Source: Podarcis gaigeae
Taxonomy: Eukaryota
Strand: one strand, 5' to 3'
Assembly: GCA_964106915.2 (NCBI GenBank)
Contig: OZ066927.1
DNA length: 64,000 nucleotides
Shown: positions 52,373 to 64,000 of the stretch, in pieces
Position numbering within the stretch: position 1 is the first letter of the stretch
Layout: each line of letters opens with the position of its first letter
Notes under the pieces: model-generated
What the model saw: only the letters and a program-made list of their open reading frames with translations
What the model was told of the DNA's origin: nothing
Databases searched by the model: none
Translations under genes and position numbers: made by a program

Positions 52373-55300
52373 GTAAGTCCTTTTTGCGAACCAAACCGTT
52401 ATTTGCAATTACAGCTTGGCCGCAGGTACTTAACTAAGATGGGGCTTGGGTCAGATCCAGAAAGCCTCTTCTTATTTTTCTCATAACATGATAGTGGCCA
52501 TCAACTTAGCTTGCATTAAAAGGGAATTAAGGGAATACAATGGAACATAAAGTTTATCTACGGCTGCTAGCCATGAGGGATACATGCTACCCTCAGGATC
52601 AGGTGGGGGGGATTGCCTCTGAATTGTCGTTGTTTTGTGATTGTCAGTTTATTTACATACCACATTTTCCTCAAGCAAATCTCTGCTCAAAGCAGTTCAC
52701 AAAGTCTAAATACAGTGATATGGTAACAATGCATAATAAGACATATAATATCACTGCAACATACTAAAAAATTGATAAGCAGCAATTAACACTTCATTTT
52801 GCATATATAAATGTTTAAGTAAGCATGCAGCTGGAGAGTTATAGCAGACGATGAACACATTCTGCCTGTTGGTTTCTGTGCTGCATCCTAGAGGGGGAAG
52901 AGATGTCAACAAAAGCATGTTCCGTATCTTCCATAGGCCCACACCTAAGGGGTCAAAGAAGGCACTGACTCCTGTCAGAGCTGCTGTAAGGATGGATTTA
53001 TTTCAGGTCTGTGGCTTCACAGGCCTAGCTATTCCGGCCTGTTTCCACTGTCCTGCTTCTCTGAGACTGTTTGCATCCTCCTGGGTCACATTCACACCAT
53101 ATGTTTAAAGCAGTATGATACCACTTTAAAGAATCAAGACGTTCCGCAAAGAATCCTGGGAGTGCTAATTTGTTAATGGTGCTGAAAGCTGTTAGGAGGC
53201 CCCAATCCCCCTCACAGTTAAGCCATGCTGAGAATTGTCATTCTGTGAGGGGAGCAGGGGTCTGCGAAGAACCATCAGAACCCTTAACAACCTGCAGTTC
53301 CCATAATTTGGGGGGGGGCATGACCACCTAAAGTAGTATTGTACTGCTTTAAATGTGTGGTGTGAATGTGGCAGAGGTCTCCTGTCCTTTCTGTTTTGGC
53401 TGAGGCAGCTGTACACCTCCCCTCCCATCAGGCAGGTGAATGGGAGGGCACTGCCTAGCTCCTTCCAGCGCTGGAATCCAGTCAAGGATTCCTCAGAAGC
53501 CATTCCTTGTTTGCTGCTTAGTGGTAGGGGATCAGGGCCTCTTTAAAGGGCAAAGTGCTGGTGAATGAGCCCCTGCAACTCCTTACAGCATCCCAGAGGC
53601 ATCTGGTTGGCCACCGTAGGACAAAAAGATGCTGGACTAGATGACCCTTTGATCTGATGCATCATGACTGCTTCTTAGTACAACACAGGATGCAGTCCAA
53701 ACAAAGTTAACTTTCCTTAATTTCAGCAGAAGAGCCTGTTAGAGTCAAGCGCTTTGATAATGACCACAGAGATTAAGGAGTATTCTACTGATTTGAGGAA
53801 GGAGTTCATTACTGGAAAAAACATTCCCCTTCTATTATTTATTGTACTGGTGCAACTCAAGGTGCAAGGGGGGGGCGGCTTTAGGTACTGATTATACGAA
53901 GGAACCAATGCAGTGCTGTTGTCTAAAATGCAGGTATAGAAGGGGGACCTGTTGCAGTTTCAAGTGCTCCTGTTCAAGCAGACAGTCGTGCCCTCTTCCA
54001 GGACGCTCCATTCCTTTCCCACACCCATTTTCATTTCCATCTTCCCAAGGCTACATGCTAGTGATGGATGAGGCCAGAAGCACAAGGAGGCAGAGCAATG
54101 TGTGTATATTTTGCCTTTGTTCTGCAGCCCTGTGTAGGGAAGTTTTTAGCATTTGTTACATCTTACTGTGTTTTCATTTGTTGGAAGCTGCCCAGAGTGG
54201 CTTGGGTAACCCAGTCAGATGGGTGGCATATAAATAATTTTATTATGATAGTTTCTATGCACCGTGACACCACCAACGCTCTCTAAGCATCACCAGGCAA
54301 GCAAGCAAGAGGCATTATCAGGGTTCTAGGACACATTTCACAGCCAGGGAAGAAGAAAAAAGGAGCGGGACAAAGCAGGGGTGGTTCAAGAAGTGGCCCA
54401 AGAGGATATGTGGCCTTGAGAGAGCCCCGAGAGCCAGACAGAGAGGTCTGAAGGGCCACATTTGGGAGCCTGAAGCCTGCACAGTTGGAATATCGTGGGA
54501 AAGGGTACATGATTTCAAGAGGCACACTGAGATTAGAGCAGAAGTTTAGAAGAGCATTCGCAGTCTGAGCTTTTGAGTGTGCCTCTCCAAGGCCTTGCAG
54601 TTCAGAAACATTATACTGCATGCGGGAAATTGTTATAAAGCCTCTTAGCTTTCTTTTCTTTCTTTTTTCTTCCTTTTTTCAGCATTTTTTGGCTTTGCCA
54701 CCACTTGCATTACTTAAACTTACTTCTAATGCCAGATAAATGCTGTGAAACTGACAGAAAAATTAGGACATCTCTAAGAGCCATTTTTCTGATATTTTGT
54801 GAACAATGCCAAGGCTGCCACACACACAGAAAATCACTACGCACCTCTAGATTCAAAGAGCAGTGTAATGAGACCTGCCTTTTATGAAGGATAAATAATA
54901 GGGCAGAACTAAAGGATGGGGAGAGGGTAGCTCATTTTCTGTAAACTTCTTCAGCCACAGTGATTTCCCCACCCCCCATCCCGCCCAAGGATCATGTCAA
55001 AATGGGGCTGAATGCCTATTCAGAGTGAAGGCAGTGTGATGGTGGGCGTGGCACATGTCAGAGGCAGCCTGCCTTCGAATGACAGTTGCTGGGATTCGCA
55101 AGTGGGGACAGTTCAGCTGTGCTCACGTCCAGCTTGTGGGCTTCTCACAGGCATCTGGTTGGCCAAGAACAGGATGCTGGACTAGATAAGCCCTTGGTGT
55201 GATCCAGCAGGTGCCTACAGTGAGAGCTCATGCCATCTGAATAAATCAGGTAGAATTCAACTGCCTTGGCAAGCGAATTATATGATCAAAGCCATAATAA

Positions 55301-56128
55301 GCCAGACAGAAACAGCATATTTAATATAACTGAATAATCGGGGTTGGCCGGGGGGGGCTTGCAAGGGAGGGGGTTTACCTCAAAATATAAAACTTAAGTC
55401 TCAGAGAACCACGAAGAGTGTCCAAGCCAGGGAGACGGAGCCTTAGCCAATTTACAACAGAAGATCAAACCATTGCTTCCTTGCACAAAAGGAAGAGCTT
55501 AGATAATTGGCACGAGTTGCAAATTACACAGGCGACGTGGCAGGAATTGTAGACACTAGTATGTCATTCCTGGCCCACAGACCCACTGGAACACACAACA
55601 TCGTTCTCCAAGTCTGAGAGGGCCTTCTTGAATGAAGGCATTTTGCCCTGGAGGTGGTATGTATGTTTTGGCAGAGTTCGGACGAGTCCCTTCCTGGCAT
55701 CAAGTCTAGGCTGTGGGGAAATCCATTAACCCCAGCCACCTCTATCCCAATTTCCATATGTGAATTTTGAGGCAAAAATCCCAGCTAGTTTCCTACAGGC
55801 AGTTTTAAGCACCTTTCATGTAGCACCGTGGACACTCAATGAAGCTGAATGTTAGAAAGTTCAAGACAGATAAAACGAAAGCACTTCTTCAAAGAGTGCA
55901 AAGTTAAACTATGGAACTTGCTTCCACGGGAGGGCACCAAATTGGATGGCTTCAGAATCCCAATTGCTGGAAACCACAGGAGGGAAGAGTGCTCTCATGC
56001 TTGAATCCTGCTTGTTGGTTTCCCACAGGCAATTGTTCAGCTACTATGAGAACAGAATGCTGGACTCAATGAGCCAAAGGCCTGACTCCGCAGGCACTTG
56101 TTATGTCCATTCCAGTGATTGCTCTGTA

Positions 56129-56370
56129 CAGTGGTACCTCGGGTTACATACGCTTCAGGTTACAGACGCTTCAGGTTACAGACTCCGTTAACCCAGAAAT
56201 AGTACCTCGAGTTAAGAACTTTGCTTCAGGATGAGAACAGAAATCGCACTCCGGCGGCGCGGCGGCAGCAGGAGGCCCCATTAGCTAAAGTGGTGCTTCA
56301 GGTTAAGAACAGTTTCAGGTTAAGAAAGGACCTCCGGAACGAATTAAGTACTTAACCTGAGGAACCACTG
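56129..56370 (+). mobile_element. Tc1/mariner MITE family A
   Basis: CAGTGGTACCTC...GAGGAACCACTG; same family as 11465-11690; CpGs retained. Confidence 0.9.
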
Positions 56371-56890
56371 TCCTGCTTTTAATGAAGGGGGCATTCCCAT
56401 TTTTGTATTGCTACACACTGTGCCAGTATTTCATTAGGAGGCGTGGTCTAGGGTTACTTTTACACGCAATTATTTATTTATTTATTTCATAAAATTTATA
56501 CGCTGCTTGATTTGTCAAAGGGAACTCAAAGCAGTTTACCAAAAAAAAATGTAAAGCAGGAAAATTATCACCAAGAAAAGTTAACAACAGTAATTTAAGA
56601 CGTTCAAAAAATTAAGGTAGCAATAGATTAAAAACTCACGTCAACTTTCTAAACATCTGGGTAGCTTTGTCTAAACAAAAATGTTTTTAGCATCCACTAG
56701 AAAGAGCACAGTGAAGGTGCCTGCCCGATATCAAGAGGCAGGGAGTTCCAAAGGGTGCCGCCGCACTAAACCACCAAATGGTTTTGAATGGCAGCCCTAT
56801 GCAGAGCGTGCTAATGGTAGTTTTGATCTGAAGGTCAGATTGGCGTGAAGCATCTCAACTTTAGATTTCGGTTTGTTGTTGTTTTTACAG

Positions 56891-57213
56891 AAGAAGCCAC
56901 GAGGTTGCACAGCGGACCTCCAAAGAACGCCTACATGGAGCAGAGTTTCCAAGGCCTCAACCCAGTTCTGAATATCCCCATCGACGCTGCGCAGGTGGAC
57001 CAAGCAAAGAAGAACGCAGCCCTTACGGGCAGCAAGCTGGAGAACTGGGTGGACAGACTGGTGGGAGGCATGTGGTCAGCTGTGGATATCTGCAGCACAG
57101 GCCCCACCTCCTGCCCAGTCATGCAGGCCTGTAGCCAGACGTCTTGGAGTTCACTCAGCCCAGACCCAAAATCTGAGCTGGGGCCTGTTAAACCCGACGG
57201 TCGTTTGAGGTAA
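56891..57213 (+). CDS. XYLT1: XYLT1 exon 12 coding part (323 nt incl. TAA): [11 protein letters not shown]...[18 protein letters not shown]
   Basis: Acceptor gttgtttttacag|AA; canonical C-terminus PDGRLR; TAA at 57211-57213. Confidence 0.96.
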
Positions 57214-57563
57214 CACAGGGTACACATCCCTCCACTGGCTTTTAAAAGGGAATTTAACATGGTTGCTCTTGTGACATGGGGGGGAGGATTATCCACCTGC
57301 CCTCCTAAACTTGGGCTGGTTTCGAAGTGGATTAAGTGCCAAGCATCCTTCAAGAAAACGTACGATTTAGTTTTCACGTAGTTCTTGGAAGTGGTACGGA
57401 GGGTCGACAGCTAATTTCATCGAATGGCTGTCATTTTAAGCTCCGGGAAGGTGTGGAGAGAAGGAAACCAGTTTTTAAAACATGCCTTAAGTTTTTAGCA
57501 CAGGTGCAGTATCAAGACTACAGATTATTTAAAACCTCAGTCTGAGGTGTGTTGGCTATTTTA

Positions 57564-57565
<2 letters not shown>

Positions 57566-57598
<33 letters not shown>
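57566..57598. repeat. (CA)n microsatellite in the 3' UTR (second tract ~57813-57831)
   Basis: Direct reading. Confidence 0.95.
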
Positions 57599-57599
<1 letters not shown>

Positions 57600-58290
57600 C
57601 TGATAAATAGATGGAAAATGAGTAGCAAAATGGCAGCTGGTTGCAGGTGCTGAAATTGCCATCGCTCCCCATGCCATCACTTCCCAAAGCATTCCCACAG
57701 CAGCCTAGCAAAAGTGTTGACATTATCACTATGCCAAGCCGTGACTTGGGGCTCCCCATCCCCCTTTTGTTATATATGTAACTATGTATTTATTTATTTA
57801 TTTCAGTGTGAAACACACACACACACACACAACTCACTGATACTCACAAGAGTTCAATATTTGTCATAGCAGACTACAAAACACTTGCAGACAGCCCCAA
57901 TGGGAAGAAACCCCTTCCTCTACCCCAGCATTTTTAAGAAGTGTTTTCAGGCAGGGAAACAGCAGCTGTTTAGGGAGGTTTTTAATGTTTAATGTATTGT
58001 GTTTTTAATATTCAGTTGGGAGCCTCCCCGAGTGGCTGTGGAAACCCAGCCAGATGGGTGGGGTATAAATAATAAATTATTATTATTATATAGTTATAAG
58101 AGGGAAAGAGTTCAACTACTCCCACCAGCCTGTGCTTAATCCTCAAGTTACAGGAAGCTGCCTCAGACCCTCAAGAGCTGCTGCCGGTCAGAGCAGTCAG
58201 CCCTGGGCTTGGTTTCAGGCAGTTTCCAATATTCTGGTTTTAGAAGGTTGCAGGAGGGAATCCTGGGTAGGGCGCAAAGCAGGAATACCA

Positions 58291-58304
58291 GCAGTAGGTG
58301 GCGC
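58291..58304 (+). promoter_or_regulatory. Candidate CTCF motif
   Basis: GCAGTAGGTGGCGC, 13/14 match to CCASYAGRKGGCRS. Confidence 0.45.
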
Positions 58305-58559
58305 CAGTGCAAGGCAGAGGCAACTCATTCTAGTCTTGTCCCCATCTTCCTCCCCGATAAATTTCTACTGAGGGCAAGGAGGAGGAGGAAGATGACAGCA
58401 CTGTGTCCCCCAAGAATGGTTGTCAGCAAGAAGACAGGCACATGGGCTTATGGGAATCAAGGCCGAGACTGGTGGGGCAATCACCCCGGTGGGTCAGTTT
58501 GGGACAAATGACTCTTTGGGGCTAGTGTTAAAAGCTGCTCTTCCATAGGAGGGAGAGCA

Positions 58560-58573
58560 GCGCCCCCTGGAGT
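58560..58573 (-). promoter_or_regulatory. Candidate CTCF motif
   Basis: Minus strand ACTCCAGGGGGCGC, 12/14 match with intact CCAGGGGGCGC core. Confidence 0.45.
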
Positions 58574-60930
58574 GCATTTATGTGTTTTACCTGTAACATT
58601 TTCGCAGGTCTTCAGAATAGTTGTTTTTCCACTTTTGGGAGCTGGTGGCATATCATCTGGTCCCCAGGCAGTCTAACACTGAGGAAAAAGTATAGATTCG
58701 ATTAACATTCAAATGGCATTTTAGTCCAATTAATTTCTAGCTAAGCTCTTTGGCAGAAGTTGTGCAATCTACATATAGAGGTGGGTGTGTTTGTGTAAAA
58801 ATAGCCAGTTAATGTATTTTTTCTTAAAAGGTTTCTTTCTCTTCTTCCTCCCCCCCCCCCCCCACATTTTGCGCCTGTGTAAAACTTTCAGGCCTACTCT
58901 AGAGCAATCCTGTGCATGCGTACCTGGGCGTAAGGGCACTTCCAGACTGCCACTGTTTTGCTGTGGGATTCAGTCACATACTAGCAAGTTCAAGTTGTGC
59001 AATTGTAATTGATCGGGAGGGTCCTGTGTGACAAACCAGCTTCCCCCATCCCACCCCAGACTGAACTTCCTTGAGATAAGGAAAGTGATGGCCAATTGCA
59101 TTGGAAAGTGTTGGCTTTTAAGACCACATCACCTAACCTATCTCACAAACAAAGCAGAACGAATGACCATTCAAACAGCCATCTCCTTGCAAACAAATCA
59201 GGTTGGATGGTCAGTAAACTGGTACCCTGGAAGCAGCCTCAATCCCAATTAGTTTAGCGGGGCTTCCTTCTGAGTAGACCTACACAGACTTGCACTGTTC
59301 TGTAAGCTCACCTCTTAGGAGAGCCTGACGACAGAAGAAGCACGTTGCAAAAATCAGTTAAATTCCCTTTTAAAACAACTGCAGTGGTGACCATAAAAAA
59401 AAAAAGAAACTTCTGAGTTTCCAGTGGCTTGCTAATGTTTTTCCTCTCACCATCCTGTTTGGTTTAAAGCTACTACCGTTCGCTTTGGACTTTGAAATTG
59501 CAGTGTCAGCTGTGCTGGCATGAAGGCAGAGCATTAAATGTTTAGAGCTGGCAGCAAAGGAGGCTACATAGGAGGGCGGTTTTAGGTATTTATTTGTATT
59601 TTTAGTCAATGACTAATTAGTAGGTGCTGCTTATGCAGCTTGGAGATTATGTTATCTTACTAACGAAAGCTGCCTTTATTAAGAAAAGGCCTTTTTTAAG
59701 AAAAACAAAACAAAACAAAAAGACATCTCATTTCTCCCCCTTCCCTTTTCCTGCATTCTTGATTTCCACTCAAATAAGAATTCTGACTACAAAAAAAGAA
59801 AACCTAGATGTTCCAATCACTGATAAAAGAGGGGAGAGAGTATGGAACCCATTCCGTCAGAAATCGTCCAGTCAGAGGCAGCAGCTGCTCATATCAGTGT
59901 ACCCATCCATGTCTATCAGAATCCTAGAAAACCACAGTTCTATAGGTCCACATGGTGCTTCCATGATCTCTGCCATTGTCCCTGCTGGCAAGGGCTGATG
60001 GGAGTTTGAGTCCAATAACATCTGGAGGGCCATGGATTTCCCTGTCCATGGCTTAGGTGCTTCTGTAAGAAGACCTTCTCTCCTGGAGAACCGTCCCAAG
60101 TCCTAGCAGAAGACCAGGAGCCCAACATTCTCATGCTGAAACAAGGAAAACCCAGATTTCCATCCAGCCTTGCGGGGCTTATTCATTTATCGGTGTTCAT
60201 CACTCTCTGAGCTGCACCCAAGTGGTCTTCCTTGTAAACGACTGTGCTGAGTTGATGTGAGCCAATGGCGTTTGATGTTTGGCAGGCATCTCCCATGCTT
60301 GGGTCATTGCTTCAGGTTGTGCTCACTGAGCGCCGAACGCTGCATATGCAAATCTGCCCAAGCTGGGATTCTGTCCATCCCTCTCCTTGAGTGTCTCAGG
60401 TCAAGGCATCTTCTTAAATCTATGGTGCAGATCACTCAGCTTGCAGTAATCCCCACAGTTGCTCCCAGTAGACTGTGACGCATCTTGAGCTGGACTCCCT
60501 GGTTATGTGGACTGTGGAAACAGATCCACCGCCTGGAGCTTCTAGCCCACAGATGAAGCCCTACACCGGGATTCCCAAAAGCTTCATCTGTAGGCTGAAT
60601 GGATGGGAAAGTAACTGCTGAGTCCACCAGGTTCGGCTTGCCTGCAACATCCGCTCATTCTTAGCACATCAGCACCCTGTGGATGCAACTCTTTGCACAT
60701 TCGCAGAAGAATGAGATCTGTGGCTCAACGGGCACGTAACCGTGTGCAGGATCTGAGCCACATTCTTTAGACCATTCTGGGCGCTCCACTTTCACTCCAC
60801 CTACCCATCAGCTCTTGTGCTACAACACCTCCATGCGGAATGTAACATGTTTGAACTCGTACAAGGAATCTTTGTGGTTGTTCAAGAGCTTCCAGGGAGC
60901 ACAAAACCCCAAGATACCACTGAGCAGCGT

Positions 60931-61125
60931 AGGGAGGGCTTAGCTCAGCTGTAGATCCTCTGCTTTGCATGCAGAGGGTCCCAGGTTCAGTCCTTGGCAT
61001 CTTCGGGTAAAGCTGGGAGAGAAACCTCTTTGAAACCCTGGACAGCCACTGCCAGTCAGTGTAGACAATGCTGAGCTCGATGGACCAGTGATCTAACTCA
61101 ATATAAGGCAGCTTCCTATATTCCT
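60931..61125 (+). mobile_element. tRNA-derived SINE (Squam3-like) inside the probable 3' UTR
   Basis: tagctcag...ccaggttcagtcc head; tail ataaggcagcttcctat. Confidence 0.7.
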
Positions 61126-62248
61126 TTCATTAGGCAGCTGTAAGAGTCCTTATGTAATGCAAAATCTTCTTTACTCTCCTCCTTCTCCCCCGATTCCTGA
61201 TGCTTCAGAGGTGGCCCTTTACACTTCATTCCGAAGCATTAAATATATATGTATGTATTTTCCAGCTTAGTATCACGGTAGCAGTTTATGTCATGTTTTT
61301 CTTGACAACTTCAGATGCTGTTAATCAGGCATGGTGGGGAGAACTGTGGCCCTCCAGATATTGCTGGACTACAATTCCCCATCCTGCAGGGGGGGCCCTC
61401 CATCCTTGCAGTTTGCTCCCCAAAGCCACCTGTTTTCATTCTCTCACTTTCCTGCCCAATTGCTTCTGCCTTGGTTACCTTCTTTTGCTACCAAAGGTAC
61501 TACCTCACTAATACTTTGAAACGTGTTTACCTAATGAAAACAAGAAAAGAGGGTTTGGGGAAAGTGGGGGGAAATAGCTGAATGTACAATCTATGCAAAT
61601 TCTTTCTTTCTCTCTTTCTCTCTTCCTCTCTTCCTCTCTTTCTCTCTCTCTCTCTTTTAGTAATTTAAAATAAAAAAGACAAAGAAAGAAAACTTATAAG
61701 TATTAGAACTTGCCAAATAAACAGCAAGATACTGTACAGGTGCCTCTGATAGCAGAGCGATCTTCTACCCGGCACAGTTCATTGTGCCGTATTTGTATAT
61801 TATAAAAAAAATGAGTTGTCTTTTGGTTCCGTTTGTGATTAGAATCACCCTTGATGGAAGGAGGTGGTTGGCGTTGCTTTGTTAAAGAACAGCACCTTCA
61901 GATTTGCTGGGGAAATATGCCAGACGAAGAAATGGAGTGTGCTTTGTAGGGTTTTTTTTTTATGTTGGTTGTCATTAACAAACAGCGATGGCAACAGCAA
62001 AAAAGTGTGGGGCACTGGCTCCTTTTTTAAAAAAGCTTGGGAGGCTGTTGGTTGAGAGATTTCCCTATGGGTAAATCAGGTTATCTGGACTGTTTCCAAC
62101 TCAGTGTTCATGCCATGGCATCCTATGAGTTGCCCCTTTTAGAGAAGCCTTAAGTTCTTTCATCTTTTTTTCAATGTGGCCTTAAAACTGTGTGTGTGTG
62201 GAAATTTTAGCTGTTGTATATTCTTTCTCTCTTGACTATTGTCAACGT

Positions 62249-62254
62249 ATTAAA
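62249..62254 (+). terminator. Candidate polyadenylation signal ATTAAA
   Basis: Preceded by U/GU-rich sequence with TGTA and followed by tgtggcctttttccc; motif only. Confidence 0.35.
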
Positions 62255-62595
62255 AAACAAAAGCACCTTGAGATGACTGTGGCCTTTTTTCCCCCCACCC
62301 ACCCTCCTGCTGCTGCTGTACAACTGTCACTTTTTACACACTGCGCACACTGCACAAGTCCACGAAAGGACATGTTTATAACTGCAAGATCCTGGGGGAG
62401 GATGGGGACGGGGCAACATTATCCTTTTGCAGAAAAGATCAGCATTATCCATTTTTGCAGAAAGAAAGGAGGCTCTGCAAATATCGGCAGTTTTCCTTTT
62501 GCAACATGTTGATGGTAAGACAGTATGATCTCTCTCACTAATGGGGAATGTGCCTTGGAAGAATTACTCCTGGGTTTTTACACCCATAAAAATCT

Positions 62596-62835
62596 GTTCC
62601 GCACACCTATCTGAGTGCAGAGAAAGGTGACCAAGAAGATACAGGGTCTGGACACCAAGACTTGTGAGGAATGGTTGAGGGAGTTGGGTATGCTTAGTCT
62701 GGATAAGAGGAGGCTGAGAGGTGATATGATAGCCAAATATCTGAAGGGCTGTCGCATGAAGATGGAGCAAGCTTTTTTTCTGCTGCACTGGAGGGTAGGA
62801 CCCGAACCGATTCAAGTTACAAGAAAGGAAATTAA
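62596..62835 (+). mobile_element. CR1 LINE fragment
   Basis: ORF 62615..62854 QRKVTKKIQGL...LRELGMLSLDKRRLRGDMI. Confidence 0.85.
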
Positions 62836-64000
62836 CAGAATCATAGAACTGTAGAGACAATAGTCTATTCAGGGAGGTTCACTGACCAAAGATTCAGTCC
62901 AGTGCAGCTGATCATTACAAACAAGGAAGCGTTTGACAACAAAACTTTTGCAGGATCACGAGTCCTGGGGTTCAGCCCACAACAGACCCGGTTAGTGGAG
63001 TTGTGGTTGTGACCACCATCATCATTTTGTATTCGGTAACTGCCCTTCACCCAGGGCAGGTTATATCTTTAAAAATATAATGCAATTAAAATGTACCAAT
63101 TCATTTGCAATCTAGCTGGGTTGGAAGTTTCCACAGGAAACGTTTCCAGTGAACTTCAGGAGGTGGTGGAGAACGGGAATGAAATGGGGGAAATCAATGA
63201 ATTTTCAGGGATTGGGGACACCATTTTTTGCCACTCAACCGCTTTATTTGATTTAAAACAAAATATATATAAGCTTTCTAACTTCTTTGCCTCAGTGTCC
63301 ATGAGACAACCAGTTGCCCGACCTGGTTCCTGTTTTTCACAAAATGGCCTGGTGGAAACATCTTGTATAGTGTGACTTGGGACCCCTCAAGACTGCTGGT
63401 GTTCATTCTGTCTCATATCATTAATGCAATAATAGAGCATAAGTGATGGGTTTATACTGGACCTTCCGCACATTGTTCTGTTAGTTTTTCTGTGATTCTT
63501 CCCCACCATTGCCACATTATTGCTGTCTTGAGGGGCACCCCAGCATTATAGTTCAATGAAAAAGAAACCAAAAAAAGCCCAGACATTGGTTGTATAAGTG
63601 ACAGGATTCCACCAAGTAGTTTCAGGACATGCACTGATTGGCCAACAAAGCAGCATGTCTGCCCCAAAACTTTTAGAGGTGTAAACAGAATGAAAACAGG
63701 ATTACATATAACCTCCCCAAGACCATATGGAGCACAGGCCATTAAGGATTCTTCAGCTGTGATTCCTGCATTGCTGGACTAGATGTCCCAACTCTACAAT
63801 TCTGTGGTTCTGTGGACATGCAGTACTGCCTAACATCATCAGGAGGGCTACAGGTTTCCCAGCCTTGCTTTGGGCTGTTCTTCTGGAAGGAGCAGTGTAT
63901 AACCCAGCCTTGGCCAGCAGAGAAAGGGGGGGGATTATGCTCCCAAATGCCTGCCCCCCAAAAGGTGCTTCATTGAGCTCCTCCTCCTCTTCCAAGTGGC

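Larger units (their letters stand above)
57214..62275 (+). other. XYLT1: Probable long XYLT1 3' UTR (3' end uncertain)
   Basis: Follows the stop codon; AU/U-rich blocks; candidate poly(A) signals AATAAA 61669-61674, AATAAA 61716-61721 and ATTAAA 62249-62254. Mammalian XYLT1 has a multi-kb 3' UTR. Confidence 0.5.

Noticed and set aside
56931-57377. 148-aa antisense ORF
   Set aside because: Shadow frame of XYLT1 exon 12
61793-62222. Pumilio elements at TGTATATT (two sites)
   Set aside because: Do not match the TGTANATA consensus at the last position

Overview
Vertebrate genomic DNA, almost certainly a squamate lizard (Sauria SINEs, BovB, Penelope, lizard-type MITEs; lacertid-like by inference). 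The window holds the 3' part of xylosyltransferase 1 (XYLT1) on the + strand. Bases 1-14643 are the end of intron 3. Coding exons 4-12 lie at 14644-14816, 17735-17937, 31253-31333, 37983-38199, 43543-43719, 45815-46077, 46980-47175, 52039-52372 and 56891-57213 (stop). All eight introns are GT-AG and phase-compatible. The exons join into 1967 nt of uninterrupted frame (about 655 aa: GT-A domain plus Xylo_C). A probable ~5 kb 3' UTR follows. Introns are full of TE fragments (BovB, L1, L2, CR1, Penelope, Sauria and other tRNA-derived SINEs, Tc1/mariner and hAT MITEs), many nested and with readable target-site duplications (TSDs). Nearly all other ORFs in the track are spurious or TE-derived. I found no convincing new multi-gene system. 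The best leads are: His at the human Arg551 position; competing 3' splice sites at exons 9 and 10; inverted MITE pairs bracketing exon blocks; a Penelope element with a broken hammerhead ribozyme; a telomere-repeat hAT MITE; and CTCF, ARE and hairpin motifs in the 3' UTR. Exon numbering and human residue numbers are from memory of human XYLT1 and should be verified.
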